Shown: positions 1 through 12,284 of the stretch, in pieces | Position numbering within the stretch: position 1 is the first letter of the stretch | Layout: each line of letters starts with the position of its first letter | Made by a program: the position numbers and the translations under genes | Assembly (NCBI GenBank): GCA_965235115.1 | Contig: OZ249436.1 | Span: 14,632,001 to 14,696,000 of the forward strand | DNA from: Laetmonice hystrix | Taxonomy: Eukaryota | Length of the DNA stretch: 64,000 nucleotides | Direction: 5' to 3' | The notes under the pieces: model-generated | Database searches by the model: none | Seen by the model: only the letters and a program-made list of their open reading frames with translations | Told to the model about the DNA's origin: nothing

Positions 1-390
1 CATGCTAATCTCTCTCCCCTGCTCCTGTATATCAGTTAGCCAACCGGTCACAACGTATCAAATCGTATCCTGCCGCACTACAATTCACACCGTGTCCATG
101 TCTGTTAGCTGAGCATTAATGGTCCAAAACTGTCAGAGTTGACACACACACACTATCCCACCGAACGATTCATAGATACCTTTTGTTAGTTGGTTACCTC
201 TCTGTCTCTCATTAACAAATATATAAATCAGACAGATTCATTCGCTTTCAATTTTTACTTCACAAAGTTCGTCTGTCTGATGTCTTGCTAAATGCCCGAT
301 AGGTTGGAGAGCTTCCTGACGACCATCACCTTCCCATGACCCACGCCGATTTCTGTTCGAACTGCTCTAACCAGAGGCTGGGTGCCCGTC

Positions 391-3300
391 TTACCACGTT
401 GGTTCGTCAAACAACTTCTGTTCTACAACAAATACACAAAAAACAATACTACCCGGTCAGATCATACCTTTTCTTTGCTCAAAGTCAAGTGTATCTATAT
501 AAGGCGAAACGTGAAATTCTTTGTTTCTCAGAAATACTACAGTTCAAAGAGTTCATTTACGAAACTGGTTTCAGGACCCCAGGAAACCCCGTGAACGTTA
601 CATGCAAGTTACATAATACTGAGACCCATTAGATGCTACATATCATGGTAGTGTCAGATACTTTAGCTGCAGATCACTTACCTGTGCTACTTGTTGCAAG
701 TTTGGCCTTCTTTAATGGAACACCTTAAAAGGAAGCAACAGATTTTTGACGACATCTAGAGATGCAGGAACAATGAAAATGAGACAGCCATAGGGAACAG
801 TGTAATTTTATTGGCAGCATTAAAGAGTTGTTAGAAATCGTACCTATATCCTCTGTGGTATCTAGTATAGCACTGGCTCCGTTACTGTCCTCTTGGTGGG
901 TCTTTTTAGTTTTCTCAGTGGTTGTATCATCTACAACTGCTGCCTCATCCTCCTCCGGGATGGATGGGATCTTGCTATTTGTATACGGAGAACTCCCTCT
1001 GAAAAGGTTGTAAAAACATCAACATTCCATTCATATACACGGACATTGGTTGGTTTTTACTGTAATTATCCAAATTAGTCTCTTGATGCAAAATGAATAT
1101 ATGATCCAGTTCACTAGTAGATAACTAAATTTAGACACTTTTAAAATGGTGCACTCTATGATGGCCGATGATCTGATCTATCTTAACTTTACTTTCAAAC
1201 ATTTCCTTACTCGTAGCTACGCTTCCTTTTGGCACGTATGTCAACATCAGATGTGGGCATCTTGCGTTTCACTTGCTGTGGTGTGATTGGGTAGTTAGCG
1301 ATCTGCTTCCTTTTGATATATGTAGCGTATGGCATCACACGGAAGATATCACTGGCATCCAACTGGTCCATGACTACAATAACATTTTATTACACTGAAA
1401 ACTCCATCATATTGCTGAGAATTTGGATAGCTCTAAGATTCTACTTATTAAACTCCAACAGTACAAAGGTGTTCAGGGAGATAATGATGGGTGCATAAGA
1501 CCACTTATTACGAAAGCAAACTACATCTGATCAGCAGCCTTATAAAGTAGACTTACCATAGCTGGCCTGGTCCCTCCTGTTTAATGCTACAAAGGCCGAT
1601 GTGTCATCTAACCAGGCAATTTGTACATTTCCTGAAAAGCCAAAAAAGCGTTTACTGTGGTACTTTCTGTTTGTCGAAACATATTTATCTCCAAAGTATC
1701 TCTGCCCACCAAATGCAGTGACATCTATATGTCATTCAGAGAACTGGCTGTTTGCAGTGACACATCACGTAAACCCTGATGAACAGAGAGACTTACCAAA
1801 TGAACTGAAGACATTTGAGATATCGGACGCCTTCCAATCCTTGGGGAAAGCGATGTGAAACACGTGGTGTCTGGGTGGCATCACTGCAACATATAAAAAT
1901 ATATATCATCTTTCACAAACACTGGCCTCGGTCTGCAACATATGGTGTCCGGATAGGTATTAATTCCACGAAAATCAAGCAATGTTCACAATTCTACAAT
2001 CAGCACTATAGGCTGGTGGATGAAAATTGCATATTTACCAACTACAATGTACTTTATAAGATTTCAAGAATGTAGTATCAGAACCTTTCTGATAGCAGGG
2101 ACTCCTTAACAAGCTCCATACTATAAAACCTTTAACTCACAATCTGTTGCTGCGAGATTCAAGTAAGGAATGTCAGAGACCCTCATCAGGAAAAGCCTGT
2201 GTGAAGAACAATAACAGCTCATTGTGAAGTCACAATTTATATGGTAGTAACATTACCATCTCTAAATCTTGCTTCAGATAATAGCAGTGCTGTAACATAG
2301 GGGCTGCAATTCTCATCTTATAAGTTATTTCTTAGCAGTAGGTTTCTGAAAAAACATTTCATTTCTTGTACCCACTGCACCATCAACTAAACACACAAGG
2401 TGGCAATCAACCTTGGGCATGATTGAGAAGACTCTAGTCTGTTTATATTTAATCTGTCTTGAAGAAAGATGTCTTACTCTACTATGAATGAAAAATGACA
2501 ATGACACAAGAGATCATAATCATAATCTACTAGGTAAATATATCAGGTATAAAAGGCTTTGCATGAACCTCTGCTCACTAAAACCAAAAACATTAAGTTT
2601 GACAGACATGGCTTACTGCCCAGTACACTAGATTACCCTCCTTTCAAATACAGCTTGAACCAAACTACTCACTTGTTGAGGAACGGTTCCATCAGAGGTG
2701 ATGATGGTGATACTACACTCTGTGGGGGGTCTTGGTAAGAACCCAGATGGTTGGCCATACTGAGGAAGCACAGACCTGTGATGTAGGCATCATACCCAGC
2801 CTCATGGAGACATTCATTCTCTGTATTATAACCTGGCACGTCCTCTGAGGACACTGCAATCAAACAAGTCTCTTAGCATCGGCTTAGTACAAAATTAAAA
2901 TTCTTGAGATCTAAAGCATTCTGTGCACAAACTGTAAAATACTTGTGCACGCAGATTTACACTCAATAACATGTGATTATGTCACACTGCCTTATTTGCT
3001 AACTTCTCTCTCTCTCTCTTGAAGAACCAGTAAATGAAGGACATACCAACGTCAGGCTTGATGAATGGCTTTTCCTCCAACAACTTTCTTAAGGATCCAA
3101 GCCCTGTGCTGATAATCCGCTCCTGTAAATAGCAAAACTATTTCAGCCAGACCTAGGATTACACAAAAACACCAATCAGCTACTACTGTACCTTCAGATG
3201 GGCAAGCGTCATACAATCAAGACTAGTAAGTTGCACAGATGCCAAACCACCTGGGCCAAATGGGTACACATTTTTTTTGGCCCGAGTGGCCACTACTAAC

Positions 3301-6300
3301 TGACCTCCAATTTGTTTTATTCAATCATAATAATTTATGGCAGGAGAAATTTCTATAGAAATCTAGCACAGATTTCTACAATTAATATTCTTAAATTATT
3401 AAGAGCCCCCTCTATGAATAGCATCGTGACACCTGTATTTACTTATCTTATTTTCTTCTTCTTTTTTCAAAACATAGAAATTACAAAAAATTATTTTCAA
3501 ATGAAATATTTTGTTAGGCAAAAATATTCTTCCAGTCATGGACAAAATATAAATTCTTTCAAATTTTGCTTCTCACAAAATAATATAATATACCAACCAC
3601 TGTCCTACCTTGAATGGATGTGTGCTTGCCATTAATTTAGTGTCTAAAACCCGGGGAAATATGCATGATGTTAGCATTTTGAATTCTTCATAGTCCTGCA
3701 AGAAAATCAAGTGAATATTAATTGAAATGCTACATTAAGTTGCAATAACTCTACAGAAATAAATAGGTGTTTCTAGTTACTCTGCATTGGTTTTTCAAGA
3801 TCATGGTAAAATGCCACGTTGATGACATCAGGAAGGTGTGTCCAAGACTCAAACCAGCAATATGAATCAGGGACTAAAGCCAAAACGTTGGGACAGTACG
3901 AGAATAATAAGAAAACAGGCATCATTTATGATAGCAGAGAGACAAGTACTAACCTCTGGTAGTGGACTTCTGAATCGATCAATGATGTGCATTAGATCCA
4001 ACATCATATTGTGTCCAACCACAAGTTTACCCTGCAAGAGACGATTTTTTCACATGAAAAAAGACAGAGAAAGACACACAGAAAAAAAACATCTATAGAT
4101 TGCAAAGTACAAACTTGTCTCACCGATTTCGAGATCATGGAAACAACTTTACTGAAGCCCACAGCATCATCTAATTCTTCCTGCAAAGAATAAAATCACG
4201 TTTTTAGAAAGAGGCCATCAGTTTGTTTTCTTTCACAATAAGTCTTTACTTCATGTCAAGTTTCAATGACTAAACATAGTATACTTTCTTGTATAATTCA
4301 AATTAGCACATGCTGGCACCACACAAAGTATCGTTATGCTTTCATAATGTCACTTTTGACAGGTAAAAATATAACTTTAGATTTCCAGCAATGTGATCAT
4401 GTAGATATTGCATTTATCAGTCACAGTAAACTCATGGCCCATTATCAGGGGCATAAAGTAGTACATGGAATACCCACTAAGGCACTTAAACTGTAGTATG
4501 TACACTCTGTAAACTCTGTAAAAACATGGCTCACTGTTTCGAGTTCACGTTTCCTTTCTTCTCTTTTCCTAAAATCAGCTTCACTCTTAACTTGAGTAAC
4601 AACAATGTAACGAGTCTTGTTATCTCCAACTGTCTTAGTCACCAAGTGTACACATGACTGGAATCTGTTTCAAGTAAAAATAACGCAACATTATGCACTA
4701 TTAAATGTTAAAATATGTTCAGAAGGCAACAATACATTAACCAAAATATTTCAAATTGGGATTCAACCTTGCCACAAAAAAAAAGTAGCTGTGGTGTTTA
4801 TTAGTCACCACAAATATCCAGACTTACTCTCAGTACACTACATCAGCTATTGATTTCTTCTGTAACTGATTGTTTCAACACTTTAATGGTAAAGAATGAC
4901 ACTTTCTACATAGTTTCATGCATCATTCACTGAGATATTTTTATATGTATTACTATAAAAACAACACAGGTTAAAAGGAGGTAGCATAATATATCACAGG
5001 GCTCGAATTAACTGGATTCGCATTGCAATTTGCATGCAAAAATCAGTCTATTGCAAATCAAATTAAAGATGAGTTGCAAAATATTGCTTATTACTGCTTC
5101 TACAAGCCAGATATCTCAGTAATTATTGCATATCAAAATTTTTAAAGTATTTTGAGGCAATTCGAGCCCTGTATCAGAAAAATAAAGCAATCAGTGAGTA
5201 TCTCTCATTTCACAGAAATGAAGAAAGCTAATGAAATTCAACATTCCAGTTGCCTGTTGTCACCATGAAGCGAACGTCTCATGTCTGGTTGTTGACCTAG
5301 CATTGCCTTGAACAACCAATTAAACTTGTTTGTTCATCACCCGATGAATTTACTTTCTGAATTTACAGCCTAATTGGCTGTTCGATTCAATGCCAGGTCA
5401 ACATCCAGCCATAAGATGATCGCTTCATAGCTAAAACAGGCAACTGAAACATTAAATTTCATTAGATTTCTCCATTTCTGTGGGAATACAATGATTGATT
5501 TCTGTAGTCTAAGCCGGCCTTATCTAACCTAACAGCCCATGTCTGCATTTTGGAGTCATTAAAATGAGAGATACTCGGTGATTGCTTTAAACATGTAGGA
5601 ACAAGGTTGTTGAAAACTATGAAAATTTACCGGAGGGAAACTGTTTGATAGATGAGTTTCCGTAGGTAGGCGTTGCAGGGAGGCAAATGAATGGATTCTT
5701 CATCTGTCCTCAAGAAAGCATCAATTTTCTGGCTGCAAATCGGTTGAAAACAGGGTACATGTGGTACCCCCATTTTATTATCAATATGGTTCTCATCAAT
5801 TACCTTTTTAGGTTTAAAATTACATACAACTTTGGCTCAGGCTGATGAAATTATCCCTGCTGACTAGAGTATAAAATGTCAGTATTCAATGTACGAGGCT
5901 AAAGTAAAGCAGCTCAACAGTCACCTAACTCTGTCACAGTAATGGACAAAAGTGTTTTGTCCCTGTGAAATAACCATTAGCAGCCTGACGCGTTTCGTCC
6001 ATCAACTGAAAATCAGTGTTATGATAGTCAGCGTGGACTCATCAGAGGCACTGGTTTATCCACTCCACCCCAGGCTGTTGCCTGAGCTCAACTGAACTTT
6101 CAAACCATCACAGAAAATGTTTGGCCACCCAACAAACATTTCTGTTCCAGATGGGTGGCCAAACATTTTCTGTGATGGTTTGAAAGTTCAGTTGAGCTCA
6201 GGCAATGGTTATTTCACAGGGACAAAACACTTTTGTCCATTACTGTGACAGAGTTAGGTGACTGTTGAGCTGCTTTACTTTTAGCCTCGTACAATGAATA

Positions 6301-9300
6301 GAGTATAAAATGTCAATTATCTGAAATCAGATCTAGAAAAGATAACTTCGAGGTTACATAGAATCTAACATTGAGGGTGAACTAAACCAAAATGAAAAGG
6401 GAACAAGAAACAACAGAGGAGTAACTCTTATAGACATCTTACCAGATACCATCAATGAAGTCTTTATGCTCATCTGGGACGATGATTGGACCTTTTGACC
6501 GATCACCTGTTGGTGTTGTGAAAGCTGGAGATGTCATCTGTAAGCTTTGCTGCATATGTTTCTGTTCAAGTTTTTCACGAAGCCTTTGTTCGTCATTTGG
6601 GGCCAAGTAAGAGATTCCTGGATGTATCCAATTGAAAGGTGTAATCATAAATGTTTTGACTGGAAATATTATTCAACTTATAATTACTATGTAAATATCT
6701 ACTAGAGCTAGGGCACTGGGAAAATAGATCTGAAAAGTTCCAGATAAAGTCCCTACATAGGGTTACTGTACCATACTTCCCTTCAGTTTCAGACACTATT
6801 ACTTTCCTTATACCGGTAGTTTATAATTTGTTCACTGCTTAGTATTCAAGCCATGGCCAACCACTGTGTGCTAGCCATTTCTAGTCACGGATAATTTGTA
6901 GCACTGGCGATTAATCTCATCCTATATCAAACTTGTATTAAAAACAGGCAAATGCAATATTATAAGTTTATAAAAAAGGAAGCTAATGACCAGGAATGAA
7001 TAGTTTTCTCACTTAAGGCAGGGTGGTGCAACATATGATTGTTCCTACTAGTAACCTGAGATTTATCGAGCTGTGCCCTCTATAACAATTGTGCCCCAGA
7101 AATCTCAAGCTGTGCAGTGAAACTGTTAACCATTCTTCAGCTTAATAAATTTCCTTTAGAATTCATTATGAATTTCTAGTTGATGCGTTTGAGAACACTG
7201 ATGCAAACATTGTAAGAACTTACCATCTCTGAATAATTTATTAAAGTCAAATCCCTGGCTGATCAAGAATTCAATACTTGAGGTCTGCAAAAACAAATAC
7301 ATGTACAGTAAGTCAGTCAAATTGGGCATTCATGACCCAGGTACAGTAATCAGAAAGGCTGTTCCATTTATGTGAATAAAAACACTCAGGTACACTTGAT
7401 TATGTACTTCTACCAATACATCACGTCATTACTGGTGAACAACAGTACATTACCTGACACAAAAAGCGGCTATCTGGTGCTAGTTTGCTAAAGGGACGTG
7501 GAAATATGTAGAAGTTGAAGGCCTCAGAGACATGCCTGTGAATGCAAGCAAATGCGCCTGAATGAAGGTAACCCTGGCAATAACAGGACTTGAAAAACTA
7601 GTTAATTTCATTTATCACACACTCTATCATTGGAAATTTCAGCTTACAGTCAATAATATTCAGTGTTAGAGTGAGTATACCGGTAGTTTTTACTTGACAT
7701 TGTTCCAAATATTCAAAATTCAGCAAAAATTTCAAGCATTCAAAAACAACTTACTTTTTAGTCTCCGAGTCATACTGAAATGCACACACACCAAACTGGA
7801 CTAACAGGAAGTCCATAGCACCCTGTAAATGAAAGGCTTTGAAATTATGCTCTATTGCAATGGTATCAGAGTTTGGGGCCCAGTCTTACTAAACTCCTTA
7901 TTATTAACGTTTCATCTTCATCTTGAATAGCAGGCAACTGGTTAATAGTATTAAATATACAGTGGTTCCCCTCTAAGAGATAAATAATAATTTTTATAAT
8001 TGACAATGACCTTAAAATGCAGAACCAAGCACTGTTACCAATATAATCCTTTCCTTTAAACAAGTCCTGCACACTTTTTGGAACCTGCTTAACCACATTA
8101 CTCTCATTCTATCTCATTTAGACCAATACTGGGTTGTTGTTTTGGTCTGTGTTTGTGGGTTTTTTTGCTGAGAGCATACAGTTACACAACTTCGTGACTT
8201 CAAGAATCATTGTTGTCCAAATGCCCAAGCAGCAGAGTGGAATGGAAAATTAAAAATCTGTAAACCCATGAATATTGAAAATTGAACTTTGCAAAAATAC
8301 GGAATTCTACTGGAGGCCTTGGGTTAAACTCTTTTCTTTCATGGCACTACCACAAAGTTTATGAATTTAAAGAAAAATATGGCTCACCTGTCTTAACTTG
8401 TGGTATCTTTCCTCAGGCGTATCAAATGCATGGATATTGCATCCAGCAACACCGAGACCTTATAATACATTTATAACAACATCTTGTCAAGAAAGATTCC
8501 TAAAACGCCATCTCATTCAGAAATGCATGTGTCCCTTCCTGTAAAATCTGTTCATTTTTTCAATATCACAGAAAACTGATGCTAAATTAAGACATGTACC
8601 GGTAAATTATGATACATGTATTTATATGCCTGCAATAAATTTGATCTTAATTAAATCCAGAGTAAAAATTAAGGCTGCACCGTTGTAGAATAAGGATTTG
8701 GTTACTCAATTATTAATGTCATACCGGTGCAGAGAATCAATTGTAGATTGTTACCTGTAAATTCTCCATCTATAGCGAGGAAATCTGCTTTTGAAACAGC
8801 CTTCTCTACCTGTTCCAGGCTTTGTTTGAAGTCTACAGGGGGAAAACAAGTAAAAGTACATGTTACTGTTAGATCTACATCACTTACTTTAGTACATGTG
8901 TACATACAGTAACTTACCCCCCTCAGGGCTGGCCAATTTTTCATTTTAACAGGACAGGACTGACCCTCTACTCGAGGGTCAGATGTGGGTCCCATAGAGA
9001 AAATTTTCGGTGTTTCTCATGCAATATAACAGGGTATCTTTCGCTTAAACTTTGCACGTACCTTCCCATATAGAATTTTTTCAGTGCTTTTCATGCAAAT
9101 AAAATAGCCGGGTATCTTTTGACTAAACTTTGCACCCCCCCTCCCAAGAGCTGGAAATCTAGATAATCAGATGAGAAAGGTTTGCATAACTGGACAATAT
9201 ATTAATATTTTACTGGTATTCCTGTGGGTTCTGTTGAATTTAGACAAGGTTTTGCTGCTACGCTGTTCAAAAGACACACTACACAAAAAAAGGTTGCCGA

Positions 9301-10790
9301 GAACAATGGACTGTTATTTAACAATGCTTTCACTAGGGCATCCAAGAACCTAAATAATCTGATCTTTGTTCATAGAACTATATTGAATTATCAGTAAATT
9401 TGGGGGTTATTTTAGTGGATAATATCCAAAATAAACAGAAGTTCCACCCTACAATTTCACCATGCATCAGACATAAAATCAACTTGCAACGGACACCTGT
9501 CACCATGGTGAGACAGATTCACCGCAGCTTCGTCCGGTTTCACCATGTATCAGGCAGCAAAAACGTGTTCTGGTGGTGTCCGTGAGGACAAGAGGTTGTG
9601 CGATATCCCCATGGGATCAAGGGAAAAATGTGTTCTATGTTGTCTTCGAGGAAAATTAAGATATTCTACTATAATAGAAATATCTTATGACGGCAAAAAC
9701 AAAACTCGGCTACGTTGGTGATAGTTCAGTTTCTAAACAGTGTCTTCCAGAACACCGTTTAGTTGTCGAGTGACGCTGGCCCAGCAATTCTTGTGAAAAG
9801 GTCCGTCACCGCAACTTTTCGCCCGTTGTTTTGGTACTAAACTTCTTCCACGGAGCATGAAATCGATTTTTATAGAGAGCCACGGTATTAAAATTTCTAT
9901 TCCGACCACACGGTCCAGTTGATTACGAGCAAGTCGGGTCCGTAACTCCGTCAGCCATCTGTGGTGCACCGAGTGACCGGGAACTGATAAAAGTTAGATC
10001 GCTCAGGACTGGTACCCGAAAAGGGTTCCTTCACTCTGTGCCGTCAGCGTCTGCTTGAACAGCGCGACCTACTTATGAAGTCTGTTCCAGATCCACTATC
10101 AAGCACCAAAATAACCTGTTTCGCATCGCAAATTGCGATGCATTTTGCTAATCATTTTCCAAAAATGTTCAGTATAATTTAGCACTATCTGCAAATCAAA
10201 CTTTTATTTTGGTAGTCAAATTTTCTGGATTATTTTGTGCCTTGACTATAGAGGTCGGAAATATGCACACCCGATAAACTGGGTCCCCGCTCGTCGCCTG
10301 CGCTGCGCTGAATTTGACCAAACAAACTGAGAATTTCACCTACTAAGAATAGTAAGATAACATCCAACAAAATAAATTTACGTATCTGTTGAAGTAACCT
10401 CTTTTGTGTACTCTCAGCAAGTTTCGGTGCCAAAAGTGGTCTGAATCATGAGTTTGAGGCGATGATGCGCGATGGGACCGAGATAGAACCCTGCAGGCAG
10501 CATAGCAGTCGCTGGTGTATTTGTACTCGACGGTCAGAGTCCGTATGGACGTAAGGACTAGGACTGACTTGTTGGAGTACGGTGTCGGTGGTGGGTGCTA
10601 AATTTTTGTGGCTGTGCCTGGCTGATGCCCCAACATTTTTGACTCCACGCTATCATATCCTGCGAAATTTCATTGTCTAATGAGATATATCATCCATGGT
10701 AAGTATTAAGTGAATGTCACTTCAACGGTAAGTAATTCCACCCACAAATAGAGAAATAAACTACCACTCACTATGCCTTGTGACCTCCAT
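391..10790 (-). CDS. PARN: Poly(A)-specific ribonuclease PARN (DEDD nuclease, R3H and RRM domains), 21 coding exons, ~624 aa
   Basis: Exons, all GT-AG and frame-consistent, total 1875 nt: 10772-10790, 8755-8832, 8388-8458, 7755-7822, 7454-7535, 7224-7284, 6443-6617, 5631-5732, 4535-4664, 4124-4180, 3954-4031, 3609-3695, 3047-3122, 2673-2853, 2141-2196, 1797-1883, 1557-1631, 1211-1373, 844-998, 682-723, 391-422. Translation includes [33 protein letters not shown] (catalytic D-x-E), [17 protein letters not shown] (catalytic D), [15 protein letters not shown] (H and D), RRM FPKDWK and [10 protein letters not shown] (cap-binding Trp), ending [10 protein letters not shown]. Confidence 0.96.
4997..5171. 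mobile_element. 175-bp non-autonomous hAT-like MITE with 5-bp TSD (PARN intron 8)
   Basis: Perfect 13-bp TIR CAGGGCTCGAATT / AATTCGAGCCCTG, flanked on both sides by TATCA (4992-4996 and 5172-5176). Confidence 0.8.
5883..6300. mobile_element. Fold-back (inverted duplication) insertion, probably derived from a Penelope-like element pLTR or retrozyme, in PARN intron 7
   Basis: Arm 5883-5978 is the inverse of 6204-6300 (one substitution, one indel). Arm 6078-6131 is the perfect inverse of 6152-6205, with a 20-nt loop. A 17-bp direct repeat TAGAGTATAAAATGTCA flanks it (5865-5881 and 6299-6315). It carries a hammerhead motif. The Penelope assignment is inference. Confidence 0.7.
5983..6049 (-). 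ncRNA. Type I hammerhead ribozyme motif with palindromic stem III
   Basis: Minus strand reads GCCU-CUGAUGA-GUCCA-(32-nt loop)-UGGAC-GAAA-CGCG-UC/AGGC. The core CUGAUGA...GAAA...UC is intact, stem II is 5 bp (GUCCA/UGGAC), stem I is GCCU/AGGC, and stem III is the palindrome ACGCGU. Predicted cleavage is after GUC, between positions 5987 and 5986. Confidence 0.85.
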
Positions 10791-11490
10791 GCTTGTTAAA
10801 GTGGGCTCCTTGAGTCATGAATAAAAACTATAAAATGAGTACCTATGCGAGCTGATAGGGGGCGCCACACTTACCCCACCTTGAGCTCTCGGTCGCAGAG
10901 GCCTTGTTGGCCGATTGTCGGCGGCCAAAAACATACGTTCCGCATGGGGGTCGGCGACTCTATCAAACGGCTCAAATGGCGCCCGACTGAATCAAACCAT
11001 TATGACTTTCACTTGACGAAAGGTATCCGGCAAGGACCGAAACGTTATACTTATAGGCCTAGAGCCCTGCATGGCGGCCCTGGCCTTGGCCTTGTGGCTT
11101 GTCTTGGGCTTGGCCCTAGCCTCTACCGGCTCTAGGCTATAGCCTAGCCAGTGACACAGCACTGACACAGTCTGTGACAGTCTATTTCTAACTTTTACCG
11201 ATATTAGAAAAGAAAATTTAAATAATTATAATTAAAATTTTTAGGTTAATCTATTTCAGCTAGCCTAATTAATTTAAGGCAAGCTCAGTGCATTTCCCGC
11301 ACATGAATGATGCCACGCATGCAAGGGTCTCTCCCTGATAAATTCGCTATTCTGAGCAAAATTCACCATCCCCACCCCGGCTGTAGACTACGCTCTAACT
11401 ACGCTTTCCTTGCTTTTTACACGTTTACTATAGTGTAGTAAGATAATAAAAGTTCAAAGTTTGGGGTTATCCGGGTTATCCTTTAAGCAT

Positions 11491-11656
11491 ACTCACCAGG
11501 TGGCGCCAATTTTCGTAGACCGCTTATGTCTTCTATAATATTTGAAGCAGGCTGGGAGTGCAATGGTGGGCTGATCCCGTCTGTGGTACGGTAGCTGGAG
11601 CGAAACGCCAAGAACAAGGTTTCACCGCAACAGCAGGAAAGTGAGGAGTTGTAAGT
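11491..11656. promoter_or_regulatory. Putative compact bidirectional promoter and first non-coding exons of PARN (-) and BFAR (+)
   Basis: There is a strong minus-strand donor CTG/GTGAGT (intron begins 11496) and a plus-strand donor GTT/GTAAGT (intron begins 11651), pointing away from each other. Candidate matching acceptors are at 10828 (-) and 12926 (+). A CTCF-like CACCAGGTGGCGCC lies at 11494-11507. No transcript evidence is available. Confidence 0.5.
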
Positions 11657-12284
11657 ATCTTGACATATAAGGGGGGAGAAAATGATTTGTCTTGACATTA
11701 GTCTGTGACACAGGTTAATAAGGTCTGTGGCAGTGAAGTCCCGCGGTCCAATAAGTCCAATGCAGGTAAATGTGGCCGGCCGTACATGTCACTCGGCCTA
11801 CGACGAGTAGCAGTACGTTGCCCCCCCCCCCCCCCCCCAACTCTGGCTATCTTGAGGCACATCTATGGGTCCATGTTGTAGTGTCAGTATTATGTATAGG
11901 TCTATGTGAGGATCTACTTCAGTTGTTGATTACCGGTATTTCATTCAATAAAAAAAAAACCCCATTAAATATTCATAAAAGGTGAAGGTATAGGCGTACG
12001 TATTTTATAACTTATCCTATACAAGGTGCGTAAACAAAAACAACCTCTTTTTTTACTTCACATTTTCCTCTCTAGATCTAAATATAAAAAAAGTGATTCT
12101 GCATTTGGCTAAGTGATCATTTTGATATGGTTGTTAAGTGTGCGGACTGAAATAATTATTCGTCTACGGCCTTGCGTAACAAAGATAGAGCATATTGTGG
12201 CACCCAAAATCAGTACCAGCATAGTATATTTTGGAGGTGGAAAAGAGCTTTATTGGCTATCCTTATTCTATCTTTCCACTCATC

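Noticed and set aside
5842-5882. Second CTGATGA next to the fold-back element on the plus strand
   Set aside because: There is no G-C closed stem II and no downstream GAAA...UH, so it is not a hammerhead. The other CTGATGA sites noticed (for example 12652 minus, 24081, 41931) also lack the core.
8990-9140. Diverged ~70-bp tandem duplication and small hairpin in PARN intron 1
   Set aside because: It looks like a typical internal portion of an old repeat, and the ends could not be defined.
9700-10660. ~1-kb CpG-richer block in PARN intron 1 with a small palindrome (GCATCGCAAATTGCGATGC)
   Set aside because: It is probably a repeat fragment, but paired termini, TSD and coding remnants could not be identified.
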